From Eledone cirrhosa (lineage: Eukaryota): a stretch of 64,000 nt of DNA. This document shows positions 1-10,779 of this stretch, in pieces. How positions within the stretch are numbered: position 1 is the first letter of the stretch; each line of letters begins with the position of its first letter. The stretch covers positions 285,448,001-285,512,000 of the forward strand of contig OZ024740.1 of the NCBI GenBank assembly GCA_964016885.1. Reading direction: 5' to 3'. The notes beneath the pieces were generated by a model. It searched no databases and was not told the origin of the DNA. It saw only the letters and a program-made list of their open reading frames with translations. The translations under genes were made by a program, and so were the position numbers.

Positions 1-827
1 ATAAAAGTTGTTTGAGTGGAGACAGTAGTATGTAGCCAAATGTTTTAGGTAGACTTTTGATAAAAGAGATTGTGAAACACTGTTTTAGATAATCTGATAG
101 GAGCACGTCAAGAAGTCATGCCTGCTTAAAGAACTGAACAAAAACTTGCGTAAAGAAAAGGAGCAAGCCGATAGCATACCTTGCAACACTTGACAACTTA
201 GGAGACTTGATATTTTACAAATGTATACAGCTGAAAACTTGTCTTCTTGGTGACAGCAGTTATACATCATGCTTTAAAATTATATTTGAAAGACAAAGAA
301 ATGCAGCTTTACTCAAATACTTCTAAAAGTTAATTAAAGTTTTTCCGATAAGCATTCAAATGAACTTGAACTATTTCTGTATTGGTTTGAAGGCAGAAGA
401 AATGAAAATAGCAATGGCAGGCATCTTCCATTTTTTCCACAGAAAATGTGGAACATTTCTTGAATGACAATGATAGGACAGATTATCGTGCAGAAGCTGT
501 GCACTGAAGACTGCTGGATAAACTATGTTTGGGGATTTATTAATAGTTTGAAAAAAGTTAACTGAGAAAAAAAAAGATCTATATTATGTACAGTTGATCA
601 TGGGCCAAAATCTTCTAGTCAAGTGAAAACAATTCAGAGAAGCAAATGGAATAATCAAATCAATTGTCAGTAAATTAGTAAGTGGAAATTTTGTTGAACA
701 CCTCGGAGGAATTACCCATAACTTGTCATAGTTATTTCCATTTTAACTTTATTATATATCTTTTTACACCAATAATGTACTTGTATAAATTATTTTGTTA
801 CAAACAATTTGATTTTTCTTATTCTCT

Positions 828-2575
828 ATCATCATCATCATCATCATCATCACCGTTTTACGTCCGTTCTTCCACGCTAGCATGGGTTAGACGGGTTGTC
901 CTGTTGTGGGCAGTGTCTGGTCGGCTGACCATGCCTTGCTCATACAGGAACTGATTTGGCTTGATTTCTACAGCTGGATGCCCTTCCTAACACCAACCTC
1001 ATTTACAGTGAGTGCTGGGTGCTTTTTCGTGGCGCCTACACGTCCACTTTACAGTATGGGCTGGGTGCTTTTTTGCCGTGGCACCTCCACGACGACCTTG
1101 CAGTGGGGGGTGTGGGGGTATATTGTCTATATGCTTCAGCTTGTACCCATGGGAGGTTGGGTACTCTGTATTACTGTGTGACGCCAGAGGTCACAGTCGT
1201 GTGTCATCGCCTTTGAGAGGTGTAATTGGGTAAGGCCGGCTTTTACACCTCAACCCAGGTCATCTTGGGTCTCCCCACTCCGCGACTTCTAGTGCTCTGC
1301 ACCTTTTTATGCAGCTGTCATCCTTCATACGCATCACATGTCCATACCAAATCAACTGCCTCTCCTGCACACAGCATTTGATTCCTCTTATGCTCAGTCT
1401 CTCTCTCAATTCATTTATGCTTTGTCGTTCGCGTATATTACTATTACACATCCATCGGAGCATGCAGGCTTTGTTTCTCTCTAATCTACGTAAGTCTTCC
1501 ACCTTCAGCGCCCAGGTCTCACTACCATGCAACATCGCTGTTCGGATACACGCATCATACAGTCTGCCTTTCATTTTGAGGGAGAAGCCTTTTGCAGCTA
1601 GCAGTGGTAGTAGTTCCCTAAACTTCTTCCATCCCGTTCTTACCCTAGTTATTGTACTTTCTGAACACCCACCTCCGCTGCTAATTCGGTCACCTAGGTA
1701 GCCGAAGCTGTCTACTGTTTCTACAGAACCCTCCCAGAGATTGGTGCATGTGGAGCCTACATTCTTAATTAAGCTTCCTGAGATCCGGCTACATCTCTTG
1801 TGTACCCATTGTTTGCATTTGGGGCAGAGAATGGAGTTCCTACCTACACTTTTCCTACATACTGAGCAAGGCCATTTCCCTGAGGGGATCTGGGTTCTGT
1901 CTTCTCGTCTACTTACAAGGACCTTAGTCTTTGTCATGTTGACTTGAGACCCTTTCTTTCTAGTCCCTGCTTCCAAGTTTGGAATTTCTTCTCTAGTTCT
2001 ACCATAGATTCAGCTATAAGTGCGAGGTCATCAGCATACAGGAGTTCCCATGGGCATCCGGTCTTAAACTCCTCCGTTATTGCCTGCAGAACTATGATGA
2101 ACAGGAGGGGGTTAAGAACAGAGCCCTGGTGGACCCCAACCTGTACGCTAAATTCCTCGCTACACTCATTGCTAATCCTAACTTTGCTGACTGCTCCCCT
2201 ATACATGGCTTGTACCGCTTTCACAAGCCATTCATCTACTCCTAGTTTTCTAAGAGCCCACCAGATTACAGCACGTGGAACTCTGTCAAAGGCTTTCTCA
2301 AAATCGATGAATGCCAGGTAGAGTGGCTTACTTTTAGTTAGGTACTTTTCCTGTAACTGCCTCACAAGGAAGAGGGCATCAGTGGTGCCTCTTCTTGGTA
2401 CAAACCCAAATTGCATCTCATCTAGTTTCACCCGGTCCCTAATCAACTGTGCTATAACTCTTTCTATTACTTTCATGACCTGGTCCATCAGCTCTATAGT
2501 TTCCTCTATCTAGTGCATTACCTTTACCTTTGTAGCAGTTGACAATGATGCTACTGCACCAATCTTTTGGTGTGA
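828..2575 (-). mobile_element. RTE-clade LINE, 5'-truncated (subfamily A): RT, 3' UTR and (GAT)n tail
   Basis: Minus-strand ORFs 1934-2488 and 1260-1976 carry RT motifs (QFGF..GTTDA, DFEKAFDRVP, GVHQGSVL, LYADD, YLG). A frameshift and internal deletions are present. The (CAT)n run at 828-851 is followed by the conserved terminal motif ccacgctagcatgggtt. Confidence 0.93.
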
Positions 2576-3294
2576 CAATTTGGATTGAAGCTAGTATGTT
2601 TCAGCCAGTTGTCCTAGATTCAATGAATGTATGGTGCTTATTAATATACATTTCATAGATTAGAAACATGAATACATTGATGAGATTAGATTAGTTTTAA
2701 GCTTTATTTCTTGATCAAACTTCCAAGATTTCTTTTTAACATAAAAACCAAACCAATGTTTGGTTAACTTGAATATCGTTGAAGGACCCTGGTTTTGTAT
2801 CAAGTATAGAACTATGTTATTCATGTCACAATTATTAGGTTATCAGTGGCACAAATATATGTCATCTTTGCATAGGCTTTTGGTTTACATGAAAACACTT
2901 TTACTTTTGTAAGGAAAACTGACTATGAAACTGTTATATCTTATTACACAGCAATTATATTTAACAATATTTAATCAGTGAAAATATTGTCAGCCATATT
3001 GGCTGCCATAGTTACTTCTTTAATAAACTATAATTATTGGATTTAACAACTGATTCATTCAATGGTCTGAGAATTTTCCACTAATTTTAGCACATATATG
3101 AACAATGTATTTTACTTTGTTTCAGGAGTAGAAGGAGGATCCTGAGAGAGTTGATCCTAGATCTTCATTAATGGGTTCAAACATCTTATGCTCCTATGGT
3201 TTCATTCAAAATTACTTTTTCTGGTGTGAATATGAAATAAATTCTAGTTTGATTCTAGATTATTATAATAGTAATTAACCATAGTTGATTAACA

Positions 3295-3500
3295 AAATTG
3301 TTAGAGCATTGGACAAAAATCATGTGATATTTATTTTTGCTCTTTACATCCTGAGTCAAATCTTATTGAGGTTTATTTTGTCTTTCAACCTTCTAAGGGT
3401 GATAAAATAAAATACCAGGGCTGATAATTGGCCCTCCAAATAAAAAAACAACAACAAATAAATTAAATAAAGGCTGTGTGCCTATGTTAAAAATTATTAT
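3295..3500 (+). mobile_element. Degenerate tRNA-type SINE
   Basis: Diverged match to the core ctgagttcaaat...gcctttcatcc...gataaaataaagtaccag seen in better copies at 26500 and 45280. Confidence 0.6.
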
Positions 3501-3537
3501 TTAAAGGTATTAACATTGATTTTTATCTTTATTGTGT

Positions 3538-3789
3538 TCAATGATGTAAAAACAGAGAATGTCTGTCTGTCTGACTCCCTAAAACTCGAGAACCACTCAA
3601 CCGATTGTTTTCAAACTTTACACATGTAATACTTATGGTCCCAGGGATTAGGTGCATTAGGCGATTTAGCGATCTCTCTTTATAATTCTTAGTCTTTCTT
3701 TTTAGATAGATACATAGATATAACGTTGGACCCTTATAATATCTGTCTGTATGTCTGGCTGTCTGCATTACGACATTATGACGTCGCTA

Positions 3790-3834
<45 letters not shown>

Positions 3835-4127
3835 ATATATATAGTGTGTAACATTTTTCGAAATATTTACTTCTGCATTCACAGATTGATTTTTTAGTTT
3901 CAGAAGATCCTGTTAAGGGTGAAAGCAGCAATTCTTTGCTTAAACTTTAATCTGTTATTTTAATATATATATATATAATTATATATTCGTGTACAGATAT
4001 TTTTGCATACACAATAACAAAATATAAACAAACGTATTTATTTCAAGAGGCTCGATAAGGATAAATATATATCAAATATATAAGGACCCTAGAGCAAATC
4101 CCAAGCAATGCCGAGCCATTCTGCTAG
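3538..4127 (+). mobile_element. Non-autonomous Helitron-like element
   Basis: Starts TC followed by a (TGTC)n subterminal run. Ends with an imperfect GC-rich hairpin (cccaagcaatgccgag) and CTAG at 4124-4127, followed by T. Contains (TG)n. Internal segments recur at about 62420-62596 and 59288-59350. Confidence 0.65.
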
Positions 4128-4265
4128 TTAATAATAAAGTAGCACACATTATGAATGGTAGATTGTGTTTTGTTATTCCTGTTAATATTATTAAGATACA
4201 TTTTTATCATGCTTATGTATAATATGCATAATTTCCCAATGTTCATGATATTTTGCTTTTCTCAG

Positions 4266-4390
4266 GTGCCCAATGTAAAAATTGATGCAACAAAACTTAA
4301 TCCTGAAGAATTAGGGAAGCTGTATACTGATGTTAAAATGTGGAAAAATAAACAAGATCACATTAATGCTAAATTGGAAACTATGAAAAG
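4266..4390 (+). CDS. HSF1: HSF1-like exon A (linker and start of HR-A), 125 nt, phases 0/2
   Basis: ttttctcag|GTG...AAAAG|gtaacc. Encodes VPNVKIDATKLNPEELGKLYTDVKMWKNKQDHINAKLETMK(R), similar to vertebrate HSF1 KLLTDVQLMKGKQECMDSKLLAMK. Confidence 0.93.
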
Positions 4391-5492
4391 GTAACCATTT
4401 TAAATCATACATGATATATCTATGTTACTTTTTGTTTTAAAATTAACCTACTCATAATCTAGGGTAATGTGAACCGAGGAAAACATGTTGAAGCTACTGT
4501 CGCCCGGAACCATGGAAACTATAATAGCATATTAAAATGGCTGTAAAACTGGTGGTGATAACTGCCATTGATGCTAATATATCTCCTCTAGAAAATAAAG
4601 ATGCTATGTTATAACTGCTTTCGTCAGAGTAAAAGGTTTTGCTTGTACATAACACTGTTCTGTATGCTTTCCATGAAACCTAGCATATATTGATGGATCT
4701 TCTATTGGTTTTGGTGATGAGTATTCAGTTGTTTGATCAATGGAACACCCCATTTAAATTAATGTGTAAGTAGCTGTGTATCTCAGAAACTTATGCATCC
4801 ATAACATAATTCTCAACAGAATCAGTACAAGCCTTGTATGTATAATAGAGGTTTTAAAAATGCAGCTATTCTCTTTCAAATTATTAACAGGATATGGTCA
4901 TCTAAAGTTTACAGCATAAAAACAAAATTGCCTTTTAAACTTGTCTACATTGACATACATTTATGAAATATGGAGAGTCATCAAGAAGTAGAGAAAAAAA
5001 AAGACAGAAATTAAGTTCCCTTGAAGCAATTCATGTATATGATGGTAGTAATTTAAAACTTACAAAAAAATCAGACGTATATGAAGAAATGATAAATGTG
5101 CATAATTAAGTTTTAAGGGAAACATTTGAAAAATAATCAGTGAATTGGATTAGCTTCACTGTTATATGAAGATTTGAATTGATAGAAAAGAAATGAGAGA
5201 GAGAGATAGGGAGACTATTAAGGCAATATCATAAGGATGGTGAAAATGAGAATACTCACCAAAAATCCAATGAGATCGGTATGAATGCAGTTCATGACAT
5301 AAGGAGTGTAGTGATGGAAAAGAGCTAGGAAAATGTACATTACATGCAAACATTCTTAGAAAACGGGTGTTGATTTGTGATGAGAGGATTCTAAACTGTT
5401 TAATAGTAGTAATAATTGTAGTTGTTTTCACCAAATATTGAAAGAAATAATAAAACAAATGATTGTTGTAACATTTTCCTTTTAATTCTTAG

Positions 5493-5568
5493 ACAAAACG
5501 ATGCATTGTGGAGAGAAGTGGCATCACTGCGACAGAAACACAAACAGCAGCAGACGATAGTCAATAAA
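5493..5568 (+). CDS. HSF1: HSF1-like exon B (HR-A/B), 76 nt, phases 2/0
   Basis: ttcttag|A CAA...AAT AAA|gtaagc. Encodes (R)[25 protein letters not shown], nearly identical to the HSF1 signature [25 protein letters not shown]. Confidence 0.97.
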
Positions 5569-5749
5569 GTAAGCTTCTGTTTTGATTATTTAATCAACAC
5601 ATGTATGTAACCGTTATCATATTGTCAGTATTTTTTGGCTTTGTCACAAGTATGAAATATAAGGAGGAAGTATTATAAATCAACTCGTCACCTTTGAAAA
5701 ACCTTTGAGACTTTTATCAGAGAGATATTTATTTAACTCAGATCAACAC

Positions 5750-6215
5750 AAAACTCTAGTCTTCCTCAAAGTAGGATCTTCCAACTTCAATGCACTTCAT
5801 TGAGCACCTTGGGAACAAACTTTGCACATGTTCAGATTGTCATGAAAGACTGTGTACAGTGCCCTCAGCCACTTCAAATTATTTAGCAATCGTCAGAAGA
5901 GATGTATGACAGTCCTCATCCAGAAATTTGCAAATTTGTCAACCAACTTTGGCATCTTGATGTACCTCCCCCTGCCACCCCTCATATGTTCCCTGCCTTC
6001 CTGGAACCTCTTGTGCCAGCAGAAAACAGTTGCCAGCTCATGAAAGTTAATCTGTAAGTAGTTTTGACCATTTTATAGGTTGCTGAGCTTGACAAAACTT
6101 TATTACATATCGAGCCTCCAAGTTGTCCTTATGTTTCAACTGTTTTGTGGAACCAAGACGTGTAAGACAGGTGGTGTTTAAAATACTGTAGCGGCCCGAA
6201 CCTTCAACTGGGGGG
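5750..6215. mobile_element. Possible degenerate Tc1/mariner-type remnant
   Basis: Higher-GC island ending in gcggcccgaaccttcaactggggggg, reminiscent of mariner termini. No intact ORF or matching second TIR was found. Confidence 0.25.
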
Positions 6216-6759
6216 GTTTGGCATGTTAGCTTATTATAATCATATCAAGGATGTATTAAATTGACACTTATGTAGATCAATTAAAAGTGCCTGAAAAGAA
6301 AGTCTCAAAACTTTTTGAGTGTATCATTGTCTTTATAACCAGTAACATTACCACCATCATCATTGTAACAACCACAAACATAACTACCACCACTTTATTG
6401 TTATCTCCAGATCAACTCTGACCAGTTGTGATCATTCTGTCTTTTTGTATATCTGGGACTGCATTGTCCATTGTGTCCAATACATGCAGTGAAGACTAAA
6501 GTTTTATCCAAGTACCAATTATTTTCACTTTCCTGTCTACACTTTGTTGTTGTTGCAAGATATATCAAGGAAAGCAGTTTGAATCTGGAAAACTGGGTCA
6601 AGATAGAGATACATATTACCCTCAATATGTGCATAAATATGATTTTTCAACCATTCATTATACCAGTCAGTACTGACAGCCAGAACTAAAGATTACAAAT
6701 TCTATAAAAATATAACTTCAGTGTTTACATTTGCTGCATGGTAGTGAAACATGAGTAGT

Positions 6760-7170
6760 GACTGCAGAAGACATGTGTAGATTGGAGAGAAATGAAGCAG
6801 CCATGCTTCATTGGATGTACAATGTAAATGTGAGAGAAAGTCAGAACTGGAATGAACTGAGTGAGAAGCTGGGTTTAAGAGGAATCTGAAGTGGTGTGCA
6901 GGAAAGAAGACTGTTTGGTACGGACATGTGATGCACATGGATGATGACCGATGGGTGAAGAAATGCCAGGAAATACCAGTGAAAGGAAGTCACAGTAGGG
7001 GTAGATCAAGAAAGACCCGGGCAGAGATGGTGAGAGCTGACTTCAAATCGCTGAGACTCACAGATGAGATGACAAAGAAGTGCGGCGAGTGGAGAGATGC
7101 TTTGCTGTGAAGGACCTGTTCAACCCATGCAAGTGTGGAAAAATGGACATAAAAGCGTTGATTATGATAA
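6760..7170 (+). mobile_element. Old RTE LINE 3' fragment
   Basis: Translates to WYGHVMHMDDDRWVKKC...RGRSRKT. Ends with aacccatgcaagtgtggaa and a degenerate (GAT)n tail. Confidence 0.85.
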
Positions 7171-7254
7171 TGTGTATAAAAGAAGATTCTTTTCTTTTAC
7201 ATTGGAACCATCAAACTATTATATATTATTTATTTATGTATTTGTTCTCCACAG

Positions 7255-7440
7255 CTTATCCAACTGCTGGTGACTTTCATTCAACACAATCGTGGTTTAC
7301 CAAATGTCAAAAGACAGCTGCCAAGAATGATTGAAGATGCTTCAGAACCCCAAGAAACTGTTGTAGTGCCTGCCAAGAGAGCTTGTTTTCAGAAACAGCT
7401 CTCTATTGAAGAGAATGGAGATATCCCAAGTCCACCAAGA
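7255..7440 (+). CDS. HSF1: HSF1-like exon C (HR-B, NLS-like region), 186 nt, phases 0/0
   Basis: ttctccacag|CTT ATC CAA...CCA AGA|gtaagg. Encodes LIQLLVTFIQHNRGLPNVKRQLPRMIEDASEPQETVVVPAKRACFQKQLSIEENGDIPSPPR; compare HSF1 [25 protein letters not shown]. Confidence 0.95.
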
Positions 7441-7792
7441 GTAAGGGTTTTTAAAAAACATTTTTTTTAGTAGTATTATTTTCTTGTCATTTAATGATGG
7501 TATCATTAAGAAGATTATTGTTGATTGCATGATATTGTTTATTAATATCATGTCATGCCATCAAGGCTTTAGCCAAGAACTTGACTCTAGCAACCATTTA
7601 ATGCATATCATTACCATCATTGTCATTTTATGTATAGCATTTTTGAAATATATGATGCTACTGACATATACACACATAGTGAAGTAACTATTAAATTGGA
7701 GAAGCCAACAAGAGAATCTCTGAGGTCACTTAAACTTGCTAAAAATAACTGTTGTATCGCACTCAAATTGTGCTCTAACCATTGGATAATGT

Positions 7793-7799
7793 CACCACC

Positions 7800-7832
<33 letters not shown>

Positions 7833-7880
7833 GTTTAACGTCTATCTTCCACACTAGCATGGGTTAGACGGGAGTTGTCT
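7793..7880 (-). mobile_element. Very short RTE 3'-end insertion
   Basis: (CAC)n(CAT)n followed by cgtttaacgtctatcttccacactagcatgggttagacggga, the same terminus as the RTE copies at 828 and 36465. Confidence 0.75.
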
Positions 7881-7894
7881 CAATTTGAGCCAAC

Positions 7895-8510
7895 TGGTCT
7901 CAACCATGGCAATGACAACTATCCCAAGGGATTAACCCTCTTCTCTTTCGAGGGGGCAGGGTGAAATCCCTAATTTGGGATGCAGTGTCCAGTGACTCAT
8001 TCTCTACCTCCAACTTTGTTGCTTCAACCACAAACTGGAGCTCCGCTGCCCACAATGTGAAAAAGAGGAAGATAGTCAAATATCGGGGCCTGACCAACCA
8101 CTTCCTCTTTGCACCGGTCTCCGTCAAGACCTCTGGTCTCCTTGATCCCCACATTGCTGATTCCTTCCGTAAAGTCAGAAAGATGGTGGCCCACTTGAAG
8201 AGGGAGCCCCATTAGGTGGGGGTGGTTGTTGCAGCGGGTGTCTCTGGCCATCCTCTGAAGTAACACTATTGCCATTTTGTCTGTGGGGTATGGCTGAGGT
8301 ACTGTTCTGACTGGAGTGTAGTATCTATACCTCCTCTCCCTTTCCTTCAACACTTGATCCTTCTTTCTCTTTCTTCTTTTCACTTTTCTCTTCGTTTTCT
8401 GTTCCCTTTAATAATCTGTTTAATTTTTATTAGATACTGCTCAATTATCTTCATATAATGTCAATGGCCTTCATGACATTGAGAGATTTTGTATATTGAA
8501 TAAATATTTT
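7895..8510 (+). mobile_element. 3' fragment of a CRE-like non-LTR retrotransposon (restriction-like endonuclease region)
   Basis: Translation PKGLTL / KSLIWDAVSSDSF..S..AAHNVKKRKIVKY..L...FLFAPVSVKTSG...WLLQRVSLAIL*SNTIAIL resembles the CRE C-terminal pattern RPDGLTL..WD.T..DT...AA..AE..K..KY...F.P.AVET.G...QR.S.A.QRGNA. Stops and a frameshift are present. Confidence 0.75.
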
Positions 8511-8786
8511 TACTTTTAAATTGGATTTAAAATAAATAATTTTCATTTGTGCAGTGAGCGCATTATTTTAATTTATTCAATGATTATTTAATAAAAGAAA
8601 GTATATCAGACAAAATCTCTTAAACTATTTCATTCTGTTCCTTCACATACCATGCTCAAATAATATAGAGAATTATTTTTTTTTAATGCTTGCTCTATAA
8701 ATATGAGAGTAGTAACTTAATGAGAACAGTATTAAAGCAAGTGTCCTCTTGTCTTTCTATTTATGTTCCTACGTGGAGGTTTCTAT

Positions 8787-9685
8787 TAATAATAATAATA
8801 TAATAATAATGAAATTATTGTGTACAGTGCTCAGGTGCACTACAACTCATCAAAGGTGCATGTATAGTACATAGAATAATGTACAAATGTCAGGAAAATA
8901 AACTGTATGAGTCATGATATAATAACAATAACAATAATGAAATATTGTGCACAGTGCCCAGGTGCACCACAACCCATCAAAAAAGTGCATGTACAGTACA
9001 TAGGGCAATGCACAAACATCAGTAAAATGAACAGTGCACACGTGTGCATGTGTATGGAAGGGGCACATCAGGTGTAGTTTTGGCGTATTTCGGGAAGCAT
9101 GAGTGTCTTAAAGGATGCAGTGTCTCGGCAGCTAACAATTGACGCAGGCAGTTTGTTCCATGTTTCAGCAACTCTGAGCGTGAAAAAATGTCTGCGAAAG
9201 TCATGGGCGCTGTGCTGTTTTCTTATCTTGTAGGCATGTCCACGTGTGTTAGACACATGGAGATCAAAGAGGCGCTCAGGGTTGCAGTTGGCGAGATGGT
9301 TAAAAACTTTGTGGGTATTCACCAAGTCCACTGCCAGACGTCGGAGCTTCAATGAATCCATGCCCAGGGAAGCAAGGCGTTCAGAGTATGGTAGGTGTCT
9401 GATGGAGGGTATGCGCTTGGTTGCACGTCTCTGAACAGTTTCCAGGAGGTCAATGTTCCGAGCAAGATAGGGGTTCCAGACTGATGATGCGAATTCCAAG
9501 TGTGGTCGCACCATAGCTGTATACAGTTTTAAATAGATGGCTGGAGAGCGGCTAACAAAGGTCTTGCTGAGTGATGCCAAGACACCCTCGGCCTTCTTGA
9601 CAATCTTAGAGACATGCTTTGTCCAACGCAAATCGTTGCTGACAGTAATGCCCAGGTCACGTTCACAAGAGGACTTTTTGATGTC
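8787..9685 (-). mobile_element. CR1-clade LINE 3' fragment with (TTA)n tail
   Basis: ORF 9068-9631: LYTAMVRPHLEFASSVWNPY...LETVQRRATK...TRGH..K...FFTLRV..WNKLP, a typical CR1 ORF2 C-terminus. A near-identical copy starts at about 63750. Confidence 0.92.
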
Positions 9686-10009
9686 ACCATTGCCATAGTT
9701 TAAAACTATTAGATTACAGTAGTTTAAATGTCATATTATTTTTAGATTTGGTTGGATTTAATTTGGTGTTAAGTTAATGTCTTTGTATGATTTTGAAGAA
9801 AATATAAGAAGGAAAATCTTTATATTTGGTATCAACTATTCATTCATCATTTCCTTTTTTCTTCAATTATTCTAACCTTTTTTTTTTTTTACTAGATATT
9901 AATTTTAGTCTAATTAACTTTTGACATCATTTGATTTTTTAATGTAAAACTGAATTTGAATATATTTTTTTAGAATCACATTTATAAATATTTATATATA
10001 ATTAATAAC

Positions 10010-10300
10010 AAAAGGTGACAGTCATTAGAACATTGAATAGAATGCTTTGCTGTATTCATTTCTGCTCTCTGTACTCTGAGTTCAAATCCTGCTGAGGTCA
10101 ACTTTGCCCTTCATCCATTCAAAGTCGATAAAAAAGGTACCAGTCTAGTACTGGAGTTGATTTCTAGCCTTCTCGGGAAGAAATCTGCTGTATTCAGGCC
10201 TGGAGAGGAGATGGGCTCCGCCAGGTATAAAAAATGCTCTAGAAACGCCATATGACAATACAGTATTTCTATGACTCCCTCAGGAATTATAGGACCATGC
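10010..10300 (+). mobile_element. tRNA-type SINE with alternative 3' tail
   Basis: B-box-like gagttcaaatcc and the core ctttgcccttcatcc..gtcgataaa..gtaccag. The tail (gaaatctgctgtattcaggcctggagaggagatgggctcc) is shared with 54320-54640. Confidence 0.7.
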
Positions 10301-10470
10301 GTGCATACTTAATAATGTTATACTTATGATGTGGTACAGGTAACGTTATGATTTTTTTTTTTTTTAGTAAATCTCTATTTGAAATAAGTATATAACAGTT
10401 ATCGCTTTTAATATAGTTCTGTTGAATTTTCATTCATGTAACTTTTTTTCATTTTTTTTTTTCATTGAAG

Positions 10471-10641
10471 ACTCAGGTTGTTGAACACTGTGCATCACCT
10501 AATGTAGCATCAGTGGAAGAAATACCGTACCCAAGCATTATGGAAAATATTAGTGATGTATTTGATGAAACCCCATCTATTTACCCAACAATCATTGAAT
10601 TGGGTGAGAATGAAGAACCACAGAATGAAAATAACCATCAG
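10471..10641 (+). CDS. HSF1: HSF1-like exon D (regulatory region), 171 nt (165 nt if the 10477 acceptor is used), phases 0/0
   Basis: Long poly-T tract then gaag|ACT CAG|GTT; donor CAG|gtatat. Open acidic S/P-rich frame TQVVEHCASPNVASVEEIPYPSIMENISDVFDETPSIYPTIIELGENEEPQNENNHQ; phases fit both neighbours. Confidence 0.85.
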
Positions 10642-10779
10642 GTATATTCATGACATTATAGAGAACATCATTGCCACCTTCTTTCCAAAATTAAAACACA
10701 AGAAAAATATTTTTTATTCTTGTCCTGAAAGACACTTTATATGCTAGGTTTAAAATGTTTGATGATCTTTCTTGATTAT

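Noticed and set aside
1-680. Purine-rich stretch that might be an HSF DNA-binding-domain exon or a transposase remnant
   Set aside because: I found no HSF DBD motifs (FVRQLNMYGF, EF.H..F, IKRK) and no sustained open frame; no family could be recognised.
3111-3180. Good-looking acceptor tttactttgtttcag|GAGTAG upstream of exon A (possible poison exon)
   Set aside because: There are stops in all three frames within about 45 nt and no convincing donor; it cannot be told from a chance site without RNA data.
4460-4690. CUGACGA on the minus strand at about 4622-4628 and GAAACUAUAAUA on the plus strand
   Set aside because: The two half-motifs are on opposite strands and no hammerhead stems can be built.
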